Made by a program: the position numbers and the translations under genes | Origin: Carcharhinus longimanus | Lineage: Eukaryota | Assembly (NCBI GenBank): GCA_030264375.1 | Contig: JASCQW010000132.1 | Location: forward strand, 78,967,454-79,031,453 | Direction: 5' to 3' | Length of the DNA: 64,000 nucleotides | Notes under the pieces: model-generated | What the model was told of the DNA's origin: nothing | Seen by the model: only the letters and a program-made list of their open reading frames with translations | Database searches by the model: none | Shown: piece by piece, positions 12,479 through 25,342 of the stretch | Layout of the letters: each line of letters starts with the position of its first letter | How positions within the stretch are numbered: the first letter of the stretch is position 1

Positions 12479-12905
12479 TACGCGGTGGAGGGCAGTTTGA
12501 ACCTTGTGAAGGAGGCAGAACATTGCGAGCTGGATGGGGGCAGCGGAAGAGCTGATGATTTGGTGGCTTTGCGAAAGGTAGAAGCCGGTGAGTGGCAGAT
12601 GCTCCTTGCTGTGTGTTCAGTGCGCACGCAGGTTGATGGTTTAATTTGAGTCCTTTAACGGAGCAGATGATGAAAGGTCTCCGCTAAATCATTAAGCATC
12701 CCTTCACAGGGTGAGTGACCTGCTGAGCACTTGACATATTTTAAAAGGAATGAGGGAATATTTGATCGTATTTTTCATTCTGTTCCGCCATTCCATTCAG
12801 CTAAAAAAATGCAGTGACTCAGTTTGACAGCTTGATACGACAGAAAAATCAATTGTGTGTTTTTTTTTGCCAATTTTCCCATGCGTGAAAGCTGCGAGGT
12901 GAGTT
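12479..12905 (+). promoter_or_regulatory. Candidate CpG-retaining promoter or first-exon region
   Basis: Locally elevated CpG, NRF1-like TGCGCACGCA at 12621-12630, and three GTGAGT donor-like sites (12588, 12711, 12899). Confidence 0.3.
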
Positions 12906-12999
12906 CCTAACAGGCACACTGTCTTCTTGCTGATAGAGCCTTGTTCACCACATAGTGTACTCAGAACCAGTACATTCTGAAGCTGCTACAACCTTGTTA

Positions 13000-13341
13000 A
13001 TAAGATGATGAGGGGAATAGATAGAGTGGATGTTCAGAGACTATTTCCTCGGGTGGATGTAGCTGTTACTAGGGGGCATAACTACAAGGTTCATGGTAGG
13101 AGATATAGGAGGGATGTCCGAGGTAGATTCTTCATTCAGAGAGTGGTTGGGGTGTGGAACACGCTGCCTGCTGTGAAAGTGGAATCGGACACTTTAGGAA
13201 CTTTCAAGCCGTTATCGGATAGGCACATGGAGCACACCAGAATGATAGGGAGTGGGATAGCTTGATCTTGGGTTCAGACATAGCTTGGCACAAAACAGAG
13301 GGCCGAAGGGCCTGTACTGTGCTGTACTGTTCTATGTTCTA
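13000..13341 (+). mobile_element. Young CR1 3' end
   Basis: MMRGIDRVDVQRLFPRV...TRGH...RFFIQRVVGVWNTLP; 3' UTR GGGCCGAAGGGCCTGTACTG and (GTTCTAT)n tail. Confidence 0.93.
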
Positions 13342-13344
13342 AGG

Positions 13345-13870
13345 AAGGCTTTTGAACTGAGGGCTATTAGAGTACGGAAAGTTTCACCACAACTGGTTAT
13401 TGAGGCTGAATTAGAAAATAATTAATAAAGGAATGAGGGGGATTAGCAGGAAATATACAGCAATCTGGGAGAATGAAGTTGAGATGAGAATGGCAGTACT
13501 GCCTCCAGGCCATTTTTGATTCTTGACCAATAAGGCTTGACAGGGTAAATGCTGAGAGAATGATTCCCCTCATGGAAGAGTCTAGGACTGGAGGGCATAG
13601 TCTCAGAATAAAGGGGTGCCTATTTAAGACTAAGATGAGGAGGCATTCCTTCCCTCAGAGAGTTGTGAGTCTTTGGAACTGCTGTGGCAGCAGAGTCCTT
13701 GCATATATTTAAGGCTGGGATAGGTAGATTTCTGATCAGTAAGGGAATCAAGGTTACACGGAAATGGACATGAGGAATGTCATTGAATCAGGAGTGATCC
13801 TATTTAAAAGCAAAGCAGGCTCGAGGGGCTGAATAGCCTATTTCTGTTCCCATTTCTAGTGGTCTTATTG
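13345..13870 (+). mobile_element. Older CR1 3' fragments
   Basis: GLDRVNAERM, GHSLRIKG, QRVVSLWN and a CR1 3' UTR at about 13810-13870. Confidence 0.8.
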
Positions 13871-14677
13871 GCCAATAAAGGGATATAATAAGGTCAATAT
13901 CAATAAACCGGCATGATCTCTTGGTAGCAGACCATAATGAGGGGGCCAGTGTTTCATCCACCTAAGGAACAGCCTTCTGCCTTTGTCAGTGGGACTGTCA
14001 GGTCTGTTCAATGCTGGAGGACATCCTCCTGGTCCTTCAGCCTCAGGTGCCTATCCACTGTCCTTAACTGGGAGGCTAGAGTGCTTTAAAAATTAGGTTG
14101 AGTATCAGACATAACGCAATGTAGATTTGGGTCCAGAAATTTGCCTGACGTTGAAGTCCCAGAACAAAAAATCAGCGCATAAGAAACAAATACAAATCAG
14201 CACTGTCTGCATTTTCCAGTGCAGATCCAGACACAATCTGAGTTCAAACCAGAGTACAAAGAGATAGTGAAAGATTAGATCTGTTAAAAAGGGTGTTGAC
14301 TGGAAACTTGTTACATCTGGTGAATATCAGTGGGTTATTACTCATTACATGGAGGATACGGGGCATTACACCAATTGTATCAGTTACACGAAAACCAATC
14401 ACTGAATTACTATTGGTTATGAAGTTAAATCAGTGTCAGCTATTGCAGCAATTTCAGTGAGTTATTATTAGTTAGTGGTTGAATCAAAGTTCCTCCCACC
14501 TCTGGTTCCCTCTCTGAAAAATTGTCCCCATTTTCCAGTTGGTTTCCTGTCTTCATCTTGGAGTAGCTTCCAAGGTTTTCAGAACTCCTTGCACAACAGC
14601 CTCTGACATAAAACTACAACATGGTAAAATAGCAGGATAGCCACTCTTTACAAGGTAAATGAAATCACATTTACTGA

Positions 14678-14797
14678 CATCATGTAATCAGACGACTCAT
14701 GATCAGGCATCCTGTGATCAGATGCCATGTGGCCAGATGTCATGTGACTAAACATCATGTGGTCAGGAATCATATGATTGAAATGCCCTGTGAGCAA
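14678..14797. repeat. Degenerate 15-bp tandem repeat, about 8 units
   Basis: Units such as CATCATGTAATCAGA, CATCCTGTGATCAGA, TGCCATGTGGCCAGA, TGTCATGTGACTAAA and CATCATGTGGTCAGG. Confidence 0.8.
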
Positions 14798-14849
14798 AAC
14801 TACAGGAATGCATCCCATCGGAGTTGGCAGCTCTAAGCTGCACTCAAAT

Positions 14850-15037
14850 TCCACCCACGCTCCAAAGATATGCATGTTAGGTGGATTGGCCGTGCTAAAT
14901 TGCCCCCGAGTGTCAGAGAGATTAGCAGGGTAAATACATGTGGTTATAGGGATAGGACCTGGGTGGGATTGTTGTCAGTGCAAGCTCAATAGACCAAATG
15001 GCCTCTTTCTGCGCTGTAGGGATTCTATGATTCTATG
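14850..15037 (+). mobile_element. HE1-like V-SINE 3' half
   Basis: Matches 10830-10997, including the (ATTCTATG)n tail. Confidence 0.85.
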
Positions 15038-16779
15038 TAATGTCCTCTCTCTTCTGCTGGTACTAAGCCACCAGGGATGACTGCACACCCTGTAGGTGGT
15101 CCAAAACAGGAAATATTAGTCTTTCCGACCTAGACAGGAGCAGTTATGCTGCTCCAATTCTGTGTTGGAACAGTGTGGGGCTAGGAAAGTTCACAGTGAT
15201 TCATTCCATAAAGGTACGGGTAGAGTGGAAGGAAACATTTGGAATGATTCTTTGAATCTGAATATTTTTGGACATAATCATTCTTCAAATTCTAAGAAGG
15301 AAATAAATCAGCTAACAGGATCTTTGGAGCATCAAGGCACTAATTTAAATGGGACTGTCATATTAATCAATCTGTGTTTGCATTTGGTGGGATAATGTTG
15401 GTCCTTCCCCTAAAAAAAGAAATTATCTAGAACATTTTTATGGCATTTTTACTCTCTTACTAATCAAAAAGAATATTTTAAACACCATTCATACATAGAT
15501 CCTTACTACATATATGGTTAGACATTAATGCAGACTGAAGTCAAAGGATTGCATATCTATTAAAATAAAGACTGCTTTAGTAACATTGACTGAATTGTGT
15601 CAAAACTATCTGGAGGACTTAGACCATAGATGCTCCCGGAAAAGAATCTGTATGAAGTGCTGGATAGAAAAAAAAGTATTGATGTAAAAAACTGCATAAC
15701 TTTGATATCTCCAAATCCAAGTTATCAACTCTGAAGAAAAGAAAAGCCTTTGAAGGTTACCACTGAAGTCAGTCTGGTGCTGCAACACTTAACTTTTATG
15801 ACCTTTTGCAGTTGAAATTGGACAAGTGTGCTGGACTTGTTCACTGAGACAGCCCTAAAAGTTTCATTATTTAGTGGAGTGCGAGGCTAATGATATCTTC
15901 AGACCAGGAGCAAACTGAACAAAGTTGCACAAACTGCAGCCTCTAATAAATACCTCTCTTTCATGTTCCGGGTTCAAAGCAGTGAAAGAGTCTGGAAAGT
16001 CTAGCATACACTGGAGAGCTAGGCTATTTCAATTAACACTTTTATATCCGGTGAATCCGGTTGTCGGAAGGTGGCAAGGTTCACCTTTGCCTTTCCATTA
16101 AGACTAATTTCAGTGTCATCAGCTCTCTTATATTTTTTTCCTGATTGGAAGTGCAGTATTTATTGCACATTTAGTCAAACTAAAATTCCCAACAGATTCA
16201 AGGAAAATGAACTTTAAGCAGTAATACGTTTACATTATTTTCTCTATATTAGAAACTTATTAGTTTGAATTTATAAGACCAAAGCTGCATGCTTGCTTGC
16301 TGTCCATTCTCTTACAAAGATAACTTGTATTTTTGTGTTTTTAAGCTATTAACATTGAAATTCTATTGGACTATAAAATGTATTTTATAAAATCAAATGC
16401 TGGATATTGGGCATTATAAGTATGGAAGCTTTTCTGTGAATTGTATGAAGTATTTAATTAAAGATATAGGCAAACCTCTGTATTACTTGGAAAGTGAGAA
16501 GACAACTTGTCTGAAAAATGAGGCCATAGGGTTCTCAATCACCTTATCAGGTAAAGGGTATTCTACTGCTTTAAATTATCATTTTTGTTTCCATTTGAAA
16601 AAAGTTCCTTATTCTTCACAGCTTTCAAAACATATGCAAATTCAGACATAACTTGAAATTGATGCATTGTTGCTGGTTCATCGGACAAGGTGATTTTGCA
16701 GATGCTCTATCACCCCTTCAATCATGTGTTAGAGCAAGGCACTAGGCGTCATCTGATTGTCCTCCATCAAATCTAATGT

Positions 16780-17125
16780 GATATCATCGGTCAATCATTC
16801 ATCACAATAGTTCTGCCGCCATCAATCAGCCACTTCTATACATTCACCTTTGATGCTCTTGTCCCAAGCAAATCTTTACTCTCTCCCACTCAAGACGATT
16901 CCCCTGGTATGGGTCCCCCAAGCTCGAAGGGCACAGACATGACCATATATGGTGCACTGCTAGTTCGACCATCCATCACCAGATCTGGCTGTTCCACACC
17001 AAATGTTCACTCTCTTCTGACAAAACTGATCAGAACCTCAGAATCATCCCGTAGAACAAAAGTAATTTTTGACTTCTTTCCTCCATTGACAACTCTCTCT
17101 TAAAATCCCTTTCCCTCGCCCTCTC
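16780..17125 (+). mobile_element. Old L2 ORF2 fragment
   Basis: TFDALVP and CCCTGGTAT (PWY), typical of the region between the L2 endonuclease and RT. Confidence 0.55.
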
Positions 17126-17502
17126 CACCTCCAATGACAAATGTGAGGGTGAACCAGATGTGTAAACAACAGAGAGCCATCTAGGTTAATGGAGCCACTG
17201 GTCAACTCATGTAAAAGGTGGATAATCATCTTTCACGGTTGGTGCTGAGAGGCATGTATTTCTCAGTAGTGAAATGTTAGAATCCTGAAAGGGGCATCAG
17301 GTTGCTTGTTTCACCTGAGAAGTTGCACAAGCCACAGACAGCTCAGGGACTAGAGATGGGAACAGGCTATGCTGACATCGGGCACAACAGCTGGGAGGAG
17401 TCTCAGCAGAAGCATCCATCTGGTCTGGAGAAGGTTAGAAGAGAACAAAAGTGGCTGCACTGGTGTGCCACCCATGAGTCAGCAACCTGCCAGTGACAGA
17501 AT

Positions 17503-17790
17503 GGTTTAAGTTTAAGTTTATTTAATAGTGTCACAAGTAGGCTTGCATCAACATTGCAATGAAATCCCTTGCCACACTCTTCGGTTACACAGAGGGAGAA
17601 CTTGGCATGGCCAATGTGTCTAATCAGCATGTCTTTCAGATTGTGGGAGGAAACCAGAGCACTCGGAGGAAACCCACGCAGCCATTGGGAGAACATGCAG
17701 ACTTTGCACAGACAGTAATCCAAGCCGAAAATTGAACCCGGATCCCTGGCACTGTAAGGCAGCAGTGATTACCACTGTGCCACCATGCCG
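17503..17790 (-). mobile_element. V-SINE variant with non-CR1 tail
   Basis: Antisense tRNA head and V-domain; tail reads CTACTTGTGACACTATTAAATAAACTTAAAC on the minus strand. Confidence 0.85.
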
Positions 17791-18400
17791 TGGCTATGTC
17801 GCGAAGTCTGTGACTATCTAGATAGATGGTCTTGGACATTTTGGTTTAATTTTTGGTTCTCAGAGATGTCTCGCGGCCCCCAAGACAGTCCATTCACTCC
17901 TGTAGCCATCAAGGTCACCATCGTACTGAATTTTTATGTATCAGATTCGTTTCAGTGTAAGCTGTGGGCTTGGGTGCCATTTCACAGTTGGCAACTCATC
18001 ATGCCATCAGGAATCCACATAGCCATTAGGGCACTAATGGACAACCAGCCATATTCCACAACAGGAAAGGATTCCACTCATTGAATGTGCAGGTGTTCTG
18101 TTAACACAAAAAGCACATTTAGAAGATCTGCATTTGGTTCCAGTGAAGCTGTCCTGATATCTTCATCCTGCAAGAATCCTGCATCTCTTCAGGTCAACAT
18201 CCAGGCTCTCTGGATGGCTACTGGGGGTAAAAATTATCCCTAAGGAGGCAGCTCTTAACACCTGTCCCGTATCCAGACACGGAGACACAGAGGCATTACA
18301 ACCAGAACCAACTACTCACATGTATTTGCAATGAGCAGACACTTATCATGTCAGTTACTGCCCTTAAGAATGAACCAGCAGTTGCCTGCTGCATGCTCTG
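17791..18400 (+). mobile_element. PIF/Harbinger transposase remnant (HARBI1-like)
   Basis: VAIKVTIVLNFYVSDSFQ, RKGFHSLNVQ (about 18062), SCPDIFILQES and GWLLG..YPLRRQLLTPV, with frameshifts. Confidence 0.85.
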
Positions 18401-19330
18401 TTAAAAGAGGTTTGGAGTTCCATGAGGAGGAGGGATGGATACACTACTCTTTCTCAGAGGGCGATGGTGAGTAGGAAGAAGTGGAGAAGTGGAAGGATGA
18501 AGGTAGCATTGCAGAGAAGCACAGTACCCGCACAATTAAGGGAGACCACAGATAACCATCCCAGCCTTCACAGCAATCAGTGGCTGACATGTCCCCAGGG
18601 TTCGCACTAATTCAACAATGCTTCACCTGAGTGGCTCCCAGGTTAATATCAGATGACTTTCAATCTGGTCTTGAATCACTGAGACTTGTTTTCTAACCAG
18701 CACATACATCAGAACAATCCCATTCTTACTCAAAGCAGTGGAGGATGGGGTCTCCACCATCCCCATCACCTCACTTCATAGATTCAGCATCTGCAACAAG
18801 TGCATTGTCTCTCCATTCCCTAAATCACCCTCAGTATTCTTCACACAATCCATGAATACACAGAAGTCTCAGCGATACCATCAAACAATATTTTTATAAC
18901 CACATAAATAGGGACAACATAAGCAGAGCAAACATCACCCAGGTGACCCTTAAAATGTAAATAATTGCATTCTCTCCCACTCTTACTCAGTGATCTCCCT
19001 GAAGAAGAGGTGGAGGCAACCTGCTCCAGTGTACCTGCATCCAGCTGAGATGCCCATGGTTTCAATACTTCTTGGCAATGGCCACTGGGCCTCTTTCACA
19101 GGCTGCTGCAGTTGCTTTATCACAGGGAGAGGCTCTGGCTTGCAGCAAGGATAGCTCCTGAGTCAGAGGAGCTGAGGAGGAAAGCAATGACATTGGTGTC
19201 TCCCCCTCCCCATCCCCGAGGGCGTAACTCCCTCAACAACCTCATGGACTGCCTCATAATGCAACTCCTCCATATTTTCCTCCCACCTCTCCATACAGCC
19301 GTGAAAATTCAACCCCATATTTAGAAAGGG
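18401..19330. mobile_element. Further Harbinger-like remnants (Myb-like piece on plus, acidic transposase C-terminus on minus)
   Basis: Minus-strand EENMEELHYEAVHEVVE acidic tail; composition resembles the other Harbinger copies. Confidence 0.45.
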
Positions 19331-19469
19331 AAGTGATGGGTTCAAGTAAAACCCAGGGAAATGGATTGTTGAGCTGAGAGATGGCAAATGAAACAAAATG
19401 GCACTAAATGCAAAGTGATTAAATTGTTGAATAAAGAAAAACACTGGAGAAATAAATTAAATTGATTAG

Positions 19470-20050
19470 TTTACAGGATACAGCATAGAAAGAGGATTTG
19501 GGTGTATGGCTAAAATAGCTATCATAAGTACAGCAGTAATTAATAGAACAGTATTTTGAGTTGTATCGCAAGAGGTAATAAATCACAGAATCTGATATGA
19601 AACTTCTCCTCAAGATTGGGTGTCGCTATGTCGAGTACGGAATTAGTTCCTGTTCATTACATTATAGGAAGGGCATGGCTCAGAAAAAAGAGTTCAGCAA
19701 CTGTTTGACACCCAGCATCAAACAGCAATCCACAATGAGAAACTACAGAAGTGAAATTTGTTTGCACTAAAGGAGGAGACCAAACATGGATCATAATGAG
19801 GAATTCATGATTCTTAAAGGTATCAGTAAATGGGAAAACTGTCTATCACAGCCTTAAAAATACCACTGAAGATGAATGGAATGCAACTGAAAAGAAAGAT
19901 GGTGAATTGACAGATATCGGTGTATTTCACAGATAGTTATGAATACTTGGAATGTATTGCCCCAAGGTGGTGATCGATAACATCAATAATCTTAAGATGG
20001 TTTAGGGCTAACATTTGGTGAGAAATGAGGGATGTAAGTGATGGACTATG
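19470..20050 (+). mobile_element. Very old CR1 3' fragment
   Basis: Degenerate succession of E-DLGV, EY...HY-K, RGD and V-NTWNVLP motifs. Confidence 0.6.
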
Positions 20051-20062
20051 TTCTCTGTTTTG

Positions 20063-20397
20063 AAATTTGATTTTGATTTGATTTGATTTATCATTGTCAC
20101 ATGTACTAACATACAATGAAAAGTATTGTTTCTTGCATGCTATATAGACAAAACATACCGTTTATAGAGAAGGAAACGAGAAAACACAGAATGTAATGTT
20201 ACAGTCCTAGCTAAGCTGTAGAGAAAAATCAATTCAATGCAAGGTAAGTCCATTCAAAAATTTGACTGCAGCAGGGAAGAAATCAGTTGGTACGTGACCT
20301 CAGGCCTTCGTATCTTTTTCCTGAAGGAAGAAGGTGGAAAAGAGAATGTCCGGAGTGCATGGGGTCCTTAATTATGCTGGCTGCTTTGCTGAGGCAA
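20063..20397 (-). mobile_element. Rex1/Babar LINE 3' end
   Basis: (ATTTG)n antisense tail; CLSKAASIIKDPMHSGHSLFHLLPSGKRYEGLRSRTN. Confidence 0.88.
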
Positions 20398-22029
20398 AGA
20401 TCTAGGGCCGACCTGTTAAGTCTGCTTTGTACCTCCCTATATTTCTTTGCACACATGATCATCACCACATGATTGATTAGTATTATCTTTGGTTGCCAAC
20501 CCATGACAGATCATGTAAAAAAAACTCTAAATATACCATTAGATCTGATAAATAATTTGCATCTTTTATCAGCTTTAAACATGCAAGTGTGATTTATTCA
20601 TCAATGAATTTAGCTAGCAAAAATAATTGTGCCTTTACACATTGATGAATTGCACATTGATTTTTATAGATTTTTTCAGTTGCTAATAATTTGTGTCTCT
20701 ACTGTACAGAGCTTTAATACAGAGGGAATAAAACTTAACATGTAGCTACATAGCCAACTGTGAAATAAATGCCTAGTTAATTAAATAACTTAAATGATGA
20801 TAGTAGTGAGTTCTGTAAACTAATCTAGGTTCTTTCAGAATACAATACTCCTCACAGGGAGCAACACACAGCCCAGTCCTGCTGTGTGGGTAAACCAGTG
20901 ACTCAGGTTTAATATTAACTTCAGCTCAGAGCATGAACTCCAGCAAACCAATCAAAGGAGCTCCACAGGGAACATCAGTTTCAGCCACTCGAATTTCTGT
21001 ATTTCAGTAATCCTATCAGTTCTAAATAACTCACTTTAAAGAGAGGTTCTGGCTGCAAACTGTAGGTTCTTTTCCGAATGACAAGTTCATTCAAGAAATG
21101 CAAAAACAATATAAATCACCACTGTCAAAAATCTCTTTGTAAATGACATTTTGACGAAGAACTATTTGTTCAGAAAGTAGATTGAATCAGTGCTGCAGTT
21201 GCTGTTACTGCTGCTTAGAACTTGGGCATTTGACTCACAAAATTAGTGGCGTCGCGGCATCATGTCGTTAGTATGAATAATCCCTAAAATATAGATTGAC
21301 ATTCTTTTTACCATTTCTGCATTCAGTGATGATATTTTTGTACAACTAGGCAAAAAGAATACACCACTCAGCAGCTATGATACTTGCAGTCTTCCAGACT
21401 GGCGCCACAGGATTAACAATGACTCTCATTATACAGTAATGGCCCTTGTAAAGATTGTAAGGAATTAAGAGCGTGTTCAGTACTGACCTGTTGATTATTA
21501 ATGTTACACTGAATTTTTCTCACCTCTTTGAATGTACTAGCCTGGGTTGATTCTTTTTGATTGCTGATCTCTTGCAGAACATTTTACAGCTGGAAAAGAC
21601 ATCCAGCAGTCCCACTCCTGAAATGATGGTGAGAAAATGCCCGATAGTGATTTGGTGACAAAGCTCTAATTCTCATCTTGTAAAAAAAATGGGGCAGTAC
21701 AGGGTAGCTCTGATCCCTGATTAACCTCCATACCTTTCTTGCGATGCAAGCAGCACACAGACTTTGTTTGGTCTGTTCATCTACATGACTGTCGCATGCA
21801 ACCAGTATCTAGCATGTCGTTGGTTGGCTACACATCTCAGCTGGGAGTGCAAAATCATGAGATTCCAGCATAAGTTCAAGCTAGCCTGCACTAATTAAAT
21901 CTGAATGCAGATCTCAAAGAGGAGGTGCATTTTGATCAGAATCAGACAGGAAGGCATTCTACGAGTGACGTTAACCAGGGAAAGACACAAGAATAGCACA
22001 GCAAATCTTAAAGTCAGATCCATGGTTCT

Positions 22030-22570
22030 CAAACCCATTCTTTGTGGACTTGTGTGCAGGAGATAGGCAGAAGGAGAGAGATCATCTGTCCATAGGAGGC
22101 CTTCCAGATTGACAGTGCGGAGGCAGTTGAGTAGATAGCCAATGCAGTCAATGCCCAGCAATCCATATCCAAAAATGTGGATACAGTGCCGTAAGAGGTT
22201 TATTGTACTCATAGAAGTGGCCAAGGTCAATGGATGCATTTTCAAATTACATATCCAAACAATTGAATCACTAACATCTGACACTGCTCAGTTTACCTCT
22301 TCACTTAACACACCTACCAACAATCTCTATTAAACATGACTCATACTTCACACTCATAGTTTCACCTTACCCTCAGGCACTTCACATTGCTGCAAGCCAC
22401 ACACTCACATCACACTCAGAATGCATACATCAACAGCACATCACCCAAAAGTATTACATCATGTTCATTAGCACATTCCCCTGTCCTTTGCAGGACGAGA
22501 TGGTGCAGAATTACAGGCAGCAGTTAACGGATAGAGGACAGGAACAATTGTTTGCCTTCACCCTCAATGC
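22030..22570 (+). mobile_element. Harbinger Myb/SANT-like partner gene remnant, two exons
   Basis: WIQCRKRFIVLIEVAK then GT at 22226; acceptor CCTTTGCAG ending 22493, then DEMVQNYRQQ. Confidence 0.7.
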
Positions 22571-22829
22571 GCTCTGTCATTTTCAGATGAAATAGTGAGG
22601 GAGATTGGAAAAGAGAAGCAAGGGGTGGGGAAGATATGAAGTTTCCCCTGCATAGTTCAGGATATCACTGAAGCATGTCAATAATCTCAAAGAAAGCAAA
22701 GAAGTAAAGAAGTGGGAGAATCTTTGAGAGGGTTTGATCACTCTAGAGGATCAAAAGCTTGTTTTGCCTACTTGTTTGCCTCTCACGGGAAATTACACAT
22801 TAAATTGGTGTCGACACCATATAGGTACA

Positions 22830-23935
22830 CAGGCCTGGATTTTCACTCCCAAAGTAGACGAGCAGAGTTGGGGAGTTTTCCAGCTTGTCACACCAGGGTT
22901 AGGAAAATATACCTGAAATTGTTGTAAAACATTCAGGTAGGCTGGTTAAAAGTCCTGCCTTGGTTCTCTGGGACTCTGTCCCAATTGTTTATTTAATATT
23001 AGGCCTCCAGCCCTCACATCTCCTCATCATCATTGCAAACTCATGCCAACTCATCCCCCTCCATCTGCCCCAATAATTCCTCAAGCCCTCCATGCTAACC
23101 CATACCCCTCCACTCATCTTCATCGTCCCATATAGCCCCTATGCCAGCTTAGTGCCAACACATGATCCACTCCTACCCTTTTCCTTATATCCTCCATGCA
23201 ACACACAGTATTCATCTTGGGCAGATCTCAGGATCCACTGTGAGATGAAATAAAATAAAAGTTCCAAGTACCTATTACAATAATTCTATTCTTATGCTAA
23301 ATCTGTTATTCACAACATAAAAAATGTTCTCATTGTTAAAAGCCCAATCTATGTACTTAATCCTCTCCATCTCTTCTAGAAACAATCATCTTTCTTCATA
23401 ACTACACTGCAAATCCCTTAATAATGTCTTGGAGTAATCAATCAAATAGTGAATTAATAGCCCTTCACAATGATAATAACAGATCATAGATGCAGCCAGG
23501 AAGAAATGATGTAATATTAATCACACTTAGCTTTATGTTAACAACTGAGCATTGCAACTGCAAGTACCAAGTTATTTCAACTCAGAGGCACAGGCAGGCT
23601 ATTTTAGTCAAAATTTAAAGGGCAAAGAGAATTAAATATCTTTGCAACTTGACACTGCCACTGTCTTGTAAGAGTATTTACCTCTGCTTTAAAAGATTGT
23701 AAGTCATATACTGTGAGTTAAGGCCTTCAATCCATTGCAAGTGTGGTCCACTTAATCTCAGCATTGAGTTCAAACAGCCCTGTTGGGTTGGATTTTCCTC
23801 CATGCACAAGCCACATACTGCATCTATTCCCCTCTGACAAAACTAGGATCTGTAGGAAATGAGGATGGGAATGCTGGATCCAGGGTCCTGGTGACCTTTG
23901 GATAAGGCACAAAGTCTCCACAGAAATCTTGACCA
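22830..23935 (+). mobile_element. Non-autonomous element of about 1.1 kb, copy 1
   Basis: Colinear with 48618-49793; both start GGCCTGGATTTTCACTCCCAAAG and share internal and terminal blocks. Confidence 0.7.
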
Positions 23936-24544
23936 AAGTATCTACATGAATGAAGATGTTTCCCATTCTTTTCCAATATTTATACATTCAGTGACCTAGC
24001 TATAAATTGTGCATCCATTTACTGAAAATGTCAGGGAATATTCTAAGAATTGAATACTCAGTATTGTACACACCTCATAGAAATATTCAGTGTGGCTATG
24101 TTCAGCTGAACTAGCAGATGGGATTACAATGTCATATTTCAGCTGAAGGATGTGACCTCTAAAAATGCCATATTCTTTTAGTATGGCACTAAATTGTCAT
24201 AGATTATTGGCAGAACTATTTGGATGATGGGGTTTCTGCCTTGCCACCCAAACAGTCAGCAAGGAGTGCATTCCCACCAATACTCGTTTCCCAGCTGCCA
24301 TTTAATGTTTGGTAGGACTTTGATTGGCTAAGTGTTAGACTTCCAATCCCATCTGGAGAAGAAGTCCCGCCTTAAAGAGCTATTGGTCAAGCAAATGACT
24401 GGCAGGTCTGCAGTCCTGTCAGTGCCATGTTAGATTGATGACCACTACTTGGACTATTACCAATCTCGAAAGAAGAGGCTGTTTTAAGGTAAATCCAGGG
24501 TTTAGGTGATGCCTGACTGGCAGATCTCAAAAAAGGCTACCTGC

Positions 24545-24722
24545 TTGGCATGGAATTCCAAAAGATGTACTGGTTAGATGAATTGGCCACGCTAAATTCT
24601 CCCTCAGGTATACCCGAACAGGTGCCGGAGTATGGCGACTGGGGGATTTTCATAGTAACTGCATTGTAATGTTAATATAAGCCTATTTGTGACTAATAAA
24701 TCAACTTTAACTTTAACCTTAA
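24545..24722 (+). mobile_element. V-SINE variant 3' half
   Basis: GCTAAATTCTCCCTCAG...GGCGACTGGGGGATTTTCA...TGTGACTAATAAA. Confidence 0.8.
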
Positions 24723-25004
24723 ACACCTGTCATGGGTAAAATGGCGATGGGGGCAGGATGAAGCACTTAAGAGGCTTGTGAGCCCTGATGGCCTATTCCT
24801 CTTCCTATTTTTAACATTTTTAATATGAGTTGTATAATTCCACCTATGTGTTTATGTGCAGGATGGATTCTAAAGCCACAGTCCTCTGACTCAGAGTGAA
24901 AATATGAAAAGAACCTCAAACCACACAATCCCTAAAGACGAATAGCACAAGCTACTTTTGGGCACAAATTGGATTATTTGGGCTTATGATATGCAGAAAT
25001 ATGC

Positions 25005-25342
25005 AATCATGGTCTGCACAGTGGTGAGTACTGCTGCCTCACAGCTCCAGGGATCTGGGTTCAATTCCAGCCTTGGGTGACTGTCAGTGTGGAGTTCGCC
25101 CTGTGTCTGTGAGGGTTTCCTCCAGATTTTCCGGTTTCCTCTCACAAATTGACCATGCTAAATTGCCCCTAAGTGTCTAAAGATGTGAAGGTTAGGATGG
25201 TTAGCAGAATAAATATATGGGATTACAGAGATAAGGCAAAGAGTAGGGGTGAGCTAGGGTAATGCACTCGATTGGGGAGTCGGTACAGACTCAATGGGCT
25301 GAACGACCTTCTTGTACACCGTACGCATTCTATAATCCTATG
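25005..25342 (+). mobile_element. HE1-like V-SINE
   Basis: tRNA head CAGTGGTGAGTACTGCTGCCTCACAGC..GGGTTCAATTCC, V-domain and CR1-type tail. Confidence 0.85.

Noticed and set aside
12665-12730. Possible C/D box snoRNA (ATGATGA...CTGA)
   Set aside because: No terminal stem; better explained as a degenerate Penelope-type repeat (GATGAAAGGTC...GACCTGCTGAG).
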